From: Corallococcus coralloides
GTDB lineage: Bacteria > Myxococcota > Myxococcia > Myxococcales > Myxococcaceae
Strand: one strand, 5' to 3'
NCBI RefSeq assembly: GCF_044792175.1
Contig: NZ_CP172866.1
DNA length: 64,000 nucleotides
The notes under the pieces are model-generated. The model made no database searches. It was not told the origin of the DNA and worked only from the letters and a program-made list of their open reading frames with translations. A program made the translations under genes and the position numbers. Below, piece by piece: positions 28,834-37,511 of the stretch (position 1 is the first letter of the stretch; every line of letters starts with the position of its first letter).

Positions 28834-31467
28834 GTGGAATTGAGAACGATGGACTCGACTGAGTACGGTGGGCCGCGCACCAACGCGGTGAAGGGGTTTG
28901 CCGGTAGGCTGGGCGCGCGCGCCTGCCTCACCCTGGTGGTCTGCGCACTGTCCCTCTTCGCGGTGGAGACGGCCCAGGCCCAGGAGGCCCAGGAGCCTGC
29001 CCCGAAGACGCGGACCAAGGCCGCCCGCAAGCGCGCGGCGGCCGCCGCGGGCGCGAAGGCCACGACGCCGGGCGCGAAGGCCGCCACGCCGGGCGCGAAG
29101 CCTCCGCGCACGGCGAAGACGCGCCGGGGCGCGAAGACGCCGCCCCCGCCGGTGGAGCCGGAGGTCATCCCGGCGGATGAGCCCACCCCGCAGGAGCCGG
29201 CGCTCGCCACCGAGCCGCCGCCCGCGGCGCCTCCCGCCCCCGTGGCCGGCCCCGGTCCGTCCGTGGCGGATCCGCTGCCCGTGGCCTCGCCGGCCTCCGC
29301 GTCGCCGTCCCCGTATGACGGGCCGCTGACCACGGACATCCCGTCCAACCCGCCGCCCGCGCCCGCGCTGGGTGCCGGCGCGGTGCTGCCGGCGTCGCAG
29401 CCGCGCATGGCGGACAACGTCCCGGACCGCGCGCCCTTCACGGAGCCCGCCTCCGACCGCGCGCTGCCGCCGCCCTCCAGCCTCTCCGGCCTGGACGGCC
29501 CGGACCTGGGCGGGGGCGACGACCTGGAGAAGAACATCAACATGGCGCTGAGCGAGGCCGTCGTCACCACGGCGTCCAAGCGCAGCCAGCGCATCTCCGA
29601 CGTGCCCCTCACGGTGTCGTGGATCCCGGCGGAGGAGCTGGAGGGCACCGGCCAGTTCTCGCTCTGCGAGGCCATCCAGTACTTCCCCGGCATGGAGTGC
29701 CGCCGGGGCTCCATGCGCAAGGCGGCGGTGAGCGCGCGCGGCCTGGGTTCCAACTACCTGTCCAACCGCCTGCTGCTCCTCAAGGACGGCCGTCCGCTGA
29801 CGGACCCCTGGACGGGCCAGTTCTACGCGGATGAGACGACGCCGCTCACCAACCTGAAGCAGGTGGAGGTGATTCGCGGCCCGGGCTCCTCGCTCTACGG
29901 CTCCAACGCCTTCAGCGGCGTCATCAACATCATCGAGCGCCAGCCCGCGGACCTCATCGCCAAGGGCCAGAACGTGGGCGCCGACGCGCGCATCCTCGCG
30001 GGCCAGGACAAGACCTGGCGCCTGCAGACCAACGTCGCCGGCCGCGGCGGCCCGGTGGAGGCGCTGCTCGGCTACTACGGCTTCGGCTCGGACGGCCCGC
30101 AGCTCTTCAACAACCCGCAGCTCGGCCAGACGGACACCAATGAGGACTCGCTGGTCCACCAGGTGAACGGCAAGGTCCGCGTGGGGCCGCTCGCGCTGGA
30201 CGCGGACTTCACGGACGGCAACATCGGCCGGCCCGGCGGGCAGAACATCTCCACCGTGGGCAACTGCGGCCGCTGCCACTACACCGCGCAGGACAACGAG
30301 CACGTCCAGAACCTGAACGCCGCCCTGCAGTTGGATCAGCAGGTGACGGACAACGTGCGCGTGTTCGCCCAGGGCTACGCCTTCTTCAAGCGCCGCAACG
30401 TGACGCTGGAGAATGAGATCACCGGCGCGCTGGAGGACACGCTGGGCAAGCGCAGCCGCCTGGGCGGTGAGGCGCGCGCGCTGTTCTCCCTGGACAAGCT
30501 CTCCGTCACCGTCGGCGGCGACGTGAAGGCCGACCAGGTGAACAACCAGAACATCCTGCCCGGCCTGACCCTGGACGACACGAAGCAGACCATCCTGGGC
30601 GGCTTCGTGGACGCCGAGTACCGCGTCACGGACCGGCTGGTGGTGGGCGCGGGCGCCCGCTACGACAACTACCAGATCCCCTCCAGGGTCTGGGAGGCGA
30701 AGACGGATCAGATCTCCCCGCGCGCCAGCGTGGTGTTCCACGCCATCCCGGAGCTGCTCACGCTGCGCACCAACTACGGCCGCGCCTTCCGCGCGCCCAC
30801 GCTGGCGGAGCTGGCCATCAACCAGCAGATGTACGCCGCGACGCTCTTGGGCAACCCGGCCCTGCGCGCGGAGACGCTGGACACGGTGGAGGCGGCGGTG
30901 GACTTCTGGCCGCTGGACCGCAGGGTGCGCCTGACGGGCACGGGCTTCTACAACCGCGCCCGCAACTTCATCAATCAGGAGCTGCTCTTCGGCTCCACGT
31001 CCCAGTTCAAGAACCTGGGCGACGCGCGCGTGGCGGGCTTCGAGGCCGAGGCCGCGGCGCAGGTCCCGTCCATCAACTCGTCCTTCGACGTGGCCTACCA
31101 GTTCCTGGACGCCCAGGCGCTGCCGGTGGGCGGCGGGGCCGGCTACCCGCTGGACTACGCGCCCACCCACCGCGTCTACCTGCGCGGCCGCACCAACATC
31201 GGCAAGTTCGCCTTCGTGGAGCTCTACGGCCTGTTCGTGGGCGCCCGGTATGATCCGGGCTTCGTGGTGGACGAGAACGCCGGCACCACCACCCGCGTGA
31301 AGCTGCCCAGCTACATCACCGCGACCGCGCGCGTGGGCTTCAACGTCCACGAGCGCGTGGCGGTGTCCCTGCTGGGGACCAACCTCTTCAACGCGAAGTA
31401 CGAGGAGTCCCACGGCTTCCCCGCCCCGCCGCTGGGCGTCTTCACCGAAGTCCGGCTCCATTATTAG
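28834..31467 (+). CDS. TonB-dependent outer-membrane receptor with a long Ala/Pro/Lys-rich N-terminal extension
   Basis: Plug domain (TTASKRSQRISDVPLTVSWIPAEEL, LLLKDGRPL, VEVIRGPGSSLYGSNAFSGVINII). Beta-barrel with a C-terminal aromatic residue (...VRLHY). GTG start at 28834 or ATG at 28849. Confidence 0.85.
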   Translation: MELRTMDSTEYGGPRTNAVKGFAGRLGARACLTLVVCALSLFAVETAQAQEAQEPAPKTRTKAARKRAAAAAGAKATTPGAKAATPGAKPPRTAKTRRGAKTPPPPVEPEVIPADEPTPQEPALATEPPPAAPPAPVAGPGPSVADPLPVASPASASPSPYDGPLTTDIPSNPPPAPALGAGAVLPASQPRMADNVPDRAPFTEPASDRALPPPSSLSGLDGPDLGGGDDLEKNINMALSEAVVTTASKRSQRISDVPLTVSWIPAEELEGTGQFSLCEAIQYFPGMECRRGSMRKAAVSARGLGSNYLSNRLLLLKDGRPLTDPWTGQFYADETTPLTNLKQVEVIRGPGSSLYGSNAFSGVINIIERQPADLIAKGQNVGADARILAGQDKTWRLQTNVAGRGGPVEALLGYYGFGSDGPQLFNNPQLGQTDTNEDSLVHQVNGKVRVGPLALDADFTDGNIGRPGGQNISTVGNCGRCHYTAQDNEHVQNLNAALQLDQQVTDNVRVFAQGYAFFKRRNVTLENEITGALEDTLGKRSRLGGEARALFSLDKLSVTVGGDVKADQVNNQNILPGLTLDDTKQTILGGFVDAEYRVTDRLVVGAGARYDNYQIPSRVWEAKTDQISPRASVVFHAIPELLTLRTNYGRAFRAPTLAELAINQQMYAATLLGNPALRAETLDTVEAAVDFWPLDRRVRLTGTGFYNRARNFINQELLFGSTSQFKNLGDARVAGFEAEAAAQVPSINSSFDVAYQFLDAQALPVGGGAGYPLDYAPTHRVYLRGRTNIGKFAFVELYGLFVGARYDPGFVVDENAGTTTRVKLPSYITATARVGFNVHERVAVSLLGTNLFNAKYEESHGFPAPPLGVFTEVRLHY

Positions 31468-31475
31468 GGCCCTGT

Positions 31476-32318
31476 TTGGATACCGTCGCCGCCGTGAAGG
31501 ATGCTCCCCTGAAGTTGACGCCGGACACGACGCTCACGCCGGAGGCGCTGGAGAAGGCCTCCGGGGTGCTGGCCCGGGACGGCCTGTTGTTGGGGCGCGG
31601 TGACGACGCGGCGCCGCGGCTGGTGCTGTTCGACGGGCGGTTCACCCCCGCCCACGCCGAGCTCCTGGAGCGCCGTCCCCCGGCGCTGCTGCTGGCCACC
31701 CGCGAGGGCGGCCAGCCGTCCGCCTGGGAGGCGCGGTTGCTCAGCGCGCTCCTGCGCGGCGAGCCCATGATCCCCCAGGAGGCCGCCACGTCCGTGGCGT
31801 GGCTGGGCAGCGTGGCGGAGGTGACGGCCGTGGGCGAGCGCGCGGCCGAGGCCGTCCTCCAGGCCGGCGGCTCCAAGGGCGCGGCCAGCCGGGTGGCGGA
31901 TGTCGTCCATGAGATTGGTGTGAACGCCCTGCTCGACGCACCAGTGGACGGAAGCGGCGAGCCGAAGTACGCCCACCGGCGTGGCCAGGTGCAGTCGGTG
32001 GCGGAAGAGGATCGCTGCCTGGTGTCCTGGGCGGTGGCGGACGGCCGGGCCTGGCTGGAGGCGACGGACCGCTTCGGCCGCCTGTCGGTGTCACCGCTGG
32101 TGCGGGTGGTGAAGGCGTGGGGTGAGAAGGCGCAGGTGGATGCTTCGGGTGGTGGCGCGGGCCTGGGCCTGCGGCGCATCCTGGAGCACAGCGACGCAGT
32201 GGCGGTGCGGGTGAGTCCGGGAAAGCGCACGCAGTTCGCCTGCGGGGTGGATCTGGGAGACGCTCGCCGCCGGGCCGCGCAGCCCAAGTCGCTGCTGTTC
32301 TGTCTGGAACGAGGGTAG
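31476..32318 (+). CDS. hypothetical protein with C-terminal GHKL/HATPase_c-like motifs (RsbW/anti-sigma-kinase-like)
   Basis: N-box-like HEIGVNALLDAP and G2-box-like GGGAGLGLRRILEHSDAVAV. Ends 5 nt before the STAS-kinase gene. Confidence 0.5.
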   Translation: MDTVAAVKDAPLKLTPDTTLTPEALEKASGVLARDGLLLGRGDDAAPRLVLFDGRFTPAHAELLERRPPALLLATREGGQPSAWEARLLSALLRGEPMIPQEAATSVAWLGSVAEVTAVGERAAEAVLQAGGSKGAASRVADVVHEIGVNALLDAPVDGSGEPKYAHRRGQVQSVAEEDRCLVSWAVADGRAWLEATDRFGRLSVSPLVRVVKAWGEKAQVDASGGGAGLGLRRILEHSDAVAVRVSPGKRTQFACGVDLGDARRRAAQPKSLLFCLERG

Positions 32319-32322
32319 GCGG

Positions 32323-35300
32323 GTGGAGAGCCAAACTTCCAATGCCAGCATCACCTCCCTGCGCGTGGGCAGTCTGACCCACGTGCGCGTGGCCGGGGTG
32401 ATCGACGAAACCTTCCCCCTCTCCCCAGCCTCCAAGGGCCTCCAGGGCCTGGTGGTGGTGGACCTGGGCCTGGTCGAGCGCATCAGCTCCTTCGGCGTGC
32501 GCCGGTGGATTGAGTTCGCCGGCCACCCGCCGCAGGGCGTGTCGGGGCTGTACGTCGTCAACGCGCCGCCGGTGGTGGTGGATCAGCTCAACATGGTGGA
32601 GGGCTTCGCGGGCGTCGCGCGCGTGCTCTCGCTGCTGGCGCCGTACTCGTGCCGCTTCTGCAAGGAGGACCGGCTGCGGCTGGTGCGCCTGGTGGAGGAG
32701 GCGAAGGTGCTGGAGCAGGGCGGGGCCCCGCCGCACCAGTGCCCCGTGTGCGCCCAGCCGCTGGAGTTCGCGGACGAGCCCACGGAGTTCTTCGACTTCG
32801 CGCGCCGCCAGCAGTTCTCCGCGGTGGACCCGGCGGTGCTGCGCTACCTGCGCTCCGGCATCCCCTCGGAGCCGTCCGAGCTTTCGTCGCACCTGAAGAT
32901 CATCCAGGACGACATCACCTTCATCACCCTGGCCAGCACGCTCAAGGGCGACCTGAACGTGCGCCGGCTGGCGTCCGGCCTGGAGGGGCGCGTCGCGTTC
33001 GACTGCTGCCACGTGAGCGTGGTGGAGCCGGAGGCGCTGCCGCGCATCGAGCAGGTGCTGGAGGTGGCGTCGCAGGGCGCCCAGGTGGTGCTCTGCCGCG
33101 TGCCGCCGCCGCTGTTGGCCGTGCTGGCGAAGTCCACCAAGACGCTGCCCGCGAAGCTGGCCACGCTGTGGCTGCCGTGCGACTGCCGCAACTGCGGCCA
33201 GGTCACCCACCAGCGCATCCAGACCTCCGAGTACCTGGAGGTGCTGCGCTCCAAGGGCACCATGGAGCGCGTGTGCCCCGTCTGCGGCGGCAGCGCCCGG
33301 GCTCCGGCGCTCTCGCAGTTCCAGGGGCTGCTCGCGCGCACGCCGCTCACCGACAAGCCGCTGGACGACATCGAGGCGCTGGAGCAGCGCGCCCTCAGCC
33401 AGTACCTCTTCGGCTCCACCAACCAGGACCCCGGCGCCAAGGGCACGTCCGCCACGGACACGCACAACAGCGGCGCGCGGCTGCAGATCATCCGCCGGCT
33501 GGGGCAGGGCGGCATGGCGGAGGTCTTCCTCGCCAAGCAGCAGGGCGTGAAGGGCTTCGAGAAGTTCGTCGTGATGAAGAAGATTCTCGCGCAGTTCGCG
33601 GAGAATCCTGAGTTCGTCGACATGCTCTTCGCGGAGGCCCGCGCCAACGCGCGCCTCACGCACCCCAACGTCGTGCAGACCTTCGACGTGGGCGTGACGG
33701 ACGGCGTGGCGTACATCCTGATGGAGTACGTGCGCGGTCCGGACCTGAAGCGCCTGCTCACGGAGCTGCGCCGCAAGGGCATGGCGCTGCCGCTGGAGCA
33801 CGCGCTGCGCATCGTGGCGGAGGTGGCCGCGGGCCTGCACTACGCGCACAGCTACGTGGACCCGTCCGGCACGGCGCACCCGGTGGTGCACCGCGACGTC
33901 AGCCCCCACAACGTGCTGGTGTCGCTGGACGGCGCCATCAAGCTGTCGGACTTCGGCATCGCCAAGGTGCAGGGCGAGGAGCACACGCAGGCGGGCGTCA
34001 TCAAGGGGAAGATCTCCTACCTCTCCCCGGAGGCCGCCAGCGGCCGCCCGCTGGACTGGCGCAACGACGTGTTCGCGCTGGGCGTGGTGCTCTTCGAACT
34101 GCTCACCGGCCAGTTGCCGTTCCGCCGGGACCACGACGCGGCCACGCTCGCGGCCATCGTGCGCGAGCCCGCGCCGGTGCCCTCGCAGTTGCGGCCCCAC
34201 ATCCCGCAGGACGTGTCGGACCTGATCCTCCGCGCGCTGGTGAAGGACCCGGCGCGGCGCACGCCCTCCGCGGCGGCGATGCGCGAGGAGATCGAAGCCG
34301 TCATCGCGCACCACCGGCTGTCCTCGTCGCCCGCGTCGGTGGCGCAGTTCTTCAAGGAGGCGCTGGGTGACCGGCTCTCCGAGTACGCGCCGTCGTCCAT
34401 CGCCGGCTCGGGGACGGGCTCCAACCCCCGGGCGCTGATGCCGGGCACGGGCTCGCACTCGCGCAACCTGGGCACGGGCTCCGGCAGCGACATGCGGGCC
34501 CCGTCGGACCTGTCCCGGCCGCCCGTGCGAGGCGGCTCCGGCAGCATGCCCCGCATGGAGCCGCCCCCGGTGGCCTCCCCGCCGGAGCCCGCCGAGCGCG
34601 GGACCGAGGTCGTCTCCGTCTCCTCGCCGCCCGTGGCCTCGCCGCCGGTGGCCCCGCCCGTGGCCGCCGCGCCCCGTCCGTCGCGCCCGGCCGCGGCTCC
34701 GCCCACGTCGCCGCTGCCGCCGCCCTCCGCGGTGCGCCCCGCCGCGTCCGCCAACGTGCCCACGCGCGTGGGCCCCCCGCCGCAGGCGCCCGCGCGCCCA
34801 TCGGTGTCGGTGCCCTCCGTCGCCCCCATGACCGCGGCCCCGCCGCCGCCCCCTGTGTCCGCCATGCCGCCCCCGCCGCCGCATGGGGGCACCCACGCGC
34901 AATACGGGGTCGCCCACGTGCAGCAGGGAGGCGCCCCGCAGCCGCAGGCGGGTGCCTACGCGCAGGGAGGCGCTTCGCAGCCGCAGGCAGGTGCCTACGC
35001 GCCGCAGGGAGGCGCCCACGCTCCGCAGGCAGGTGCCTACGCGCCGCAGGGAGGCGCGTCGCAGCCGCAGGCAGGTGCCCACGCGCCGCAAGGGGGCTCT
35101 CCGCGGACGTCAGGCACCCACGCGCCGCCGACGACGGGCACCCACGCCGCCTATGGGGGGAGCCATCCCTCGTCCGTGGCCCCGCCGCCGCCGCCTGTGT
35201 CGACGCCCATGGCCCCGCCCGCGCGAGCGCCAGCGGCCCACGTGGCCCCGCCGCCGGCTCCCGTCCACGCGGTCTCCCCCACGGCTCAAGCGCCCGCCGC

Positions 35301-35817
35301 CGAAGCGACGGCGAAGGGGCTGACGCCCGGCCAGCGCAAGGGGCTCATCGTGGGCGGCGTGGCCCTGGTGCTCGCGGGGCTCGCGCTGGTGTTCCTGCTG
35401 CCCAAGGGCGGCGTGGAGGTGCGCAACGCCCAGGAGGGTGAGCGCGTCTACGTGTCCGGCGTCCTGCTGGACGCGAACCAGGGCCTGCCCGAGGGCAACG
35501 CCGGCTGGCTCATCTCCACGGCCGTGGACGGCAAGCTGCACCGCTTCGGCAAGGTGCCGAGGTCGGAGCACATCGACCTGCGCACGCTCGCGGACGCCCC
35601 GCCCCAGGCGGAGGCCCGGGGCACGCTCAGCGTCACCGGCGCGCAGGGCTGCCGCGTGGCGCTGGGCTCGCAGGTGCTGGAGGGCCAGACGCCCCTGTCC
35701 AGCCAGATGCCCGCGGGCCGCGAGTTCGAGGTGCGCGTCACCTGCGGCGGCAAGCCGGACCTCGTCCGCTGGGTGATGGCCGTCCCGGGACAGGGCGTCG
35801 CGCTGGACGTGCCCTGA
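32323..35817 (+). CDS. multidomain Ser/Thr protein kinase: N-terminal STAS-like domain, Cys4 ribbons, Hanks kinase, Pro-rich repeat region, TM segment, C-terminal beta domain
   Basis: STAS pattern (GLVVVDLGLVERISSFGVRRWIEF ... LYVVNAPPVVVDQL). Cys pairs (CRFC...CPVC; CDCRNC...CPVC). Kinase subdomains (GQGGMAEVFLAK, VMKKIL, HRDVSPHNVLV, DFGIAK, SPE). TM (LIVGGVALVLAGLALVFLL). Confidence 0.8.
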   Translation: MESQTSNASITSLRVGSLTHVRVAGVIDETFPLSPASKGLQGLVVVDLGLVERISSFGVRRWIEFAGHPPQGVSGLYVVNAPPVVVDQLNMVEGFAGVARVLSLLAPYSCRFCKEDRLRLVRLVEEAKVLEQGGAPPHQCPVCAQPLEFADEPTEFFDFARRQQFSAVDPAVLRYLRSGIPSEPSELSSHLKIIQDDITFITLASTLKGDLNVRRLASGLEGRVAFDCCHVSVVEPEALPRIEQVLEVASQGAQVVLCRVPPPLLAVLAKSTKTLPAKLATLWLPCDCRNCGQVTHQRIQTSEYLEVLRSKGTMERVCPVCGGSARAPALSQFQGLLARTPLTDKPLDDIEALEQRALSQYLFGSTNQDPGAKGTSATDTHNSGARLQIIRRLGQGGMAEVFLAKQQGVKGFEKFVVMKKILAQFAENPEFVDMLFAEARANARLTHPNVVQTFDVGVTDGVAYILMEYVRGPDLKRLLTELRRKGMALPLEHALRIVAEVAAGLHYAHSYVDPSGTAHPVVHRDVSPHNVLVSLDGAIKLSDFGIAKVQGEEHTQAGVIKGKISYLSPEAASGRPLDWRNDVFALGVVLFELLTGQLPFRRDHDAATLAAIVREPAPVPSQLRPHIPQDVSDLILRALVKDPARRTPSAAAMREEIEAVIAHHRLSSSPASVAQFFKEALGDRLSEYAPSSIAGSGTGSNPRALMPGTGSHSRNLGTGSGSDMRAPSDLSRPPVRGGSGSMPRMEPPPVASPPEPAERGTEVVSVSSPPVASPPVAPPVAAAPRPSRPAAAPPTSPLPPPSAVRPAASANVPTRVGPPPQAPARPSVSVPSVAPMTAAPPPPPVSAMPPPPPHGGTHAQYGVAHVQQGGAPQPQAGAYAQGGASQPQAGAYAPQGGAHAPQAGAYAPQGGASQPQAGAHAPQGGSPRTSGTHAPPTTGTHAAYGGSHPSSVAPPPPPVSTPMAPPARAPAAHVAPPPAPVHAVSPTAQAPAAEATAKGLTPGQRKGLIVGGVALVLAGLALVFLLPKGGVEVRNAQEGERVYVSGVLLDANQGLPEGNAGWLISTAVDGKLHRFGKVPRSEHIDLRTLADAPPQAEARGTLSVTGAQGCRVALGSQVLEGQTPLSSQMPAGREFEVRVTCGGKPDLVRWVMAVPGQGVALDVP
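34924..35088 (+). repeat. in-frame tandem repeat, about 4 copies of 39-42 nt (QGGA-x-QPQAGAYAP) inside the kinase linker
   Basis: Direct reading: cagggaggcgc..cgcagccgcaggc.ggtgcctacgcgccg repeated 4 times. Confidence 0.6.
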
Positions 35818-35875
35818 GCCGGACAGGATGACCCCGGGCCGGGGAGAACGCCGCTGACACAGCGGCCCCTTCCGG

Positions 35876-36181
35876 TCAGTCGTGGGTGCCCACGTGCAGG
35901 TCGCCGTGGCGCACGCAGACCCAGTGGAAGGCGCAGGAGCACGCCACCGCGCGCGCGTGCGTGCAGCAGCGCCCCCCGAAGTCCTCCGGCAGCAACTCGC
36001 GCTCCAGCGCCGGCGGGTCCGGCAGCTCCCTGGGGGCGCCCCTCCCGGAGTCCGCAGGCGCGCTGCCGCAGCAGCCGCGCTGGAGGCAGCCGGGGCACAG
36101 GGACAATTCGCAGTGCGCGCACCAGTCGAACACCTCTCCGGCGGTGCCACGGCGCTCACAACCTCCACAGGCGTCGAACAT
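35876..36181 (-). CDS. small Cys-rich (putative zinc-binding) protein, 101 aa
   Basis: MFDACGGCERRG..WCAHCELSLCPGCLQRGCCGS...CCTHARAVACSCAFHWVC. A consensus GAGGAGG lies 6 nt upstream of this ATG. The track ORF 35876..37099 is a long artefactual extension. Confidence 0.45.
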   Translation of the reverse strand: MFDACGGCERRGTAGEVFDWCAHCELSLCPGCLQRGCCGSAPADSGRGAPRELPDPPALERELLPEDFGGRCCTHARAVACSCAFHWVCVRHGDLHVGTHD

Positions 36182-36424
36182 GGACGGCCTCCTCGCTTGC
36201 TTGTGAAGGACGGTAGAGCAGGGGTCCGACATCACGGGTCGTGCGGGGACGTCTGGCGCTCCGGGAGGAGGGAAGCGATGGCTGGCCGACGCTCGCGCCA
36301 CGCACCTTCCACGGGTGGACGGGAGGGAGGACGCACGCCGGTCCGTGAGCCCTTGCGGCGTTGGCCGGGGATTCGCATGGAACAGGGGCTCACGTAGTTC
36401 CAGTTTTTCGGGGAGGACGCAGTC

Positions 36425-36955
36425 ATGCGCAGACACCGCCGCATCATCGGAGTGTTCGGCTCCGGGGCGAACTCCCACGAAGAGTGGGTCGTCCCCCTGG
36501 CGCGGTGGATCGCGGAGGCCGGGTTCGACCTGCTCACCGGCGCGGGCGGCGGCGTCATGAGCGCGGCGGCCGGCGCCTTCGTCCAAGTGGAGGGGCGGCG
36601 GGGGGCGGCCATCGGCATCATCCCCGGCACGGTGGGCCCGGACGGCCGCTACCAGCCCCGGCCCGGCTACCCGAACACGGACATCGAGATCCCCATCTAC
36701 ACGCACCTGCCGCTCAGCGGAGAGCAGGGCACGGACCCCATGAGCCGCAACCACATCAACGTGCTGACGCCGCACGCGCTGGTGGCGCTGCCCGGGGGCG
36801 CCGGCACCGCGGCGGAGGCCTCCCTGGCCCTGCGCTATGGCAAGCCGCTCATCCTGCACGGCCCAACGGAGGTGTTCCGGCGCTTCCCGGCGGAGGCCGA
36901 GCGCACCACCTCCCTGGAGCGGGTGGCCGAGTTCCTCCTGGCCGCCACCCGGTAG
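36425..36955 (+). CDS. LOG/SLOG-family Rossmann protein (TIGR00725-like, 'DprA/Smf-related family 1')
   Basis: IGVFGSG, LTGAGGGVMSAAAGA (PGGxGxxxE-like), and VALPGGAGTAAEASLA (xLPGGxGTxEE-like). Confidence 0.7.
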   Translation: MRRHRRIIGVFGSGANSHEEWVVPLARWIAEAGFDLLTGAGGGVMSAAAGAFVQVEGRRGAAIGIIPGTVGPDGRYQPRPGYPNTDIEIPIYTHLPLSGEQGTDPMSRNHINVLTPHALVALPGGAGTAAEASLALRYGKPLILHGPTEVFRRFPAEAERTTSLERVAEFLLAATR

Positions 36956-37088
36956 GCGGCAGGCGGGCTGAAGCAGGGCCCGGCCGGGGGGAAGCCACCC
37001 CACGGGGTGGCAAAAGATTCTAGGATGGACGGCACGGGGAAGGGCGTGCACCGCGCGCGCACGCCCGGCACCCGTCACGTCCGCCATC

Positions 37089-37493
37089 ATGCTCATCAAC
37101 CCCGACTATCCGCTGGCCAGTTGGTTCCTCGCGGTCTCCACCTCGGTCTTCCTGGTCGTCTACGCGCTGCCGCTGCTGTTCATCCCGCTGCGCTGGGCGC
37201 GCTGGTTCGGGTGGGAGCTGCCCACGGGCAACAACGACTTGACGGTCTACTTCGCGCGCTGCCTGGGCGGCCTGGCGCTGTCCGTCATCATCGCGGTGGT
37301 GCAGTTCATCCCGGACCCCAGGAGCCACCTGGTCATCTTCGAGCTCATCGGCCTGATTGGCGGCCTGATGACGGCGGTGCACATCTGGGGCGCGCTGAAG
37401 AAGCAGCAGCCCTGGCTGGAGACGGCGGAGATCCCCCTCTACGGCGCCATGTGCCTGGGCGCCCTGTACCTGCGCTACGCGCACCTGTCCTGA
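37089..37493 (+). CDS. small integral membrane protein (4 predicted TM helices)
   Basis: Hydrophobic segments FLAVSTSVFLVVYALPLLFIPL, LGGLALSVIIAVVQF, LVIFELIGLIGGLMTAVHIWG and LYGAMCLGALYL. Ends 18 nt before the cyclase gene. Confidence 0.55.
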   Translation: MLINPDYPLASWFLAVSTSVFLVVYALPLLFIPLRWARWFGWELPTGNNDLTVYFARCLGGLALSVIIAVVQFIPDPRSHLVIFELIGLIGGLMTAVHIWGALKKQQPWLETAEIPLYGAMCLGALYLRYAHLS

Positions 37494-37511
37494 GCGGAAA
37501 GCCCTTCAAGG

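Noticed and set aside
28702-31461. 919-aa minus-strand ORF antisense to the TonB-dependent receptor
   Set aside because: The receptor on the plus strand has plug and barrel motifs. The antisense ORF is an artefact.
34924-35088. Tandem direct repeats considered as a possible CRISPR or minisatellite
   Set aside because: The repeats are in-frame within a coding linker (QGGAxQPQAGAYAP). There are no spacers and no repeat-spacer architecture. No CRISPR array was seen anywhere in the window.
31741-35091. 1116-aa minus-strand ORF antisense to the STAS-kinase gene
   Set aside because: Arg-rich artefact. The plus strand carries clear Hanks-kinase subdomains.
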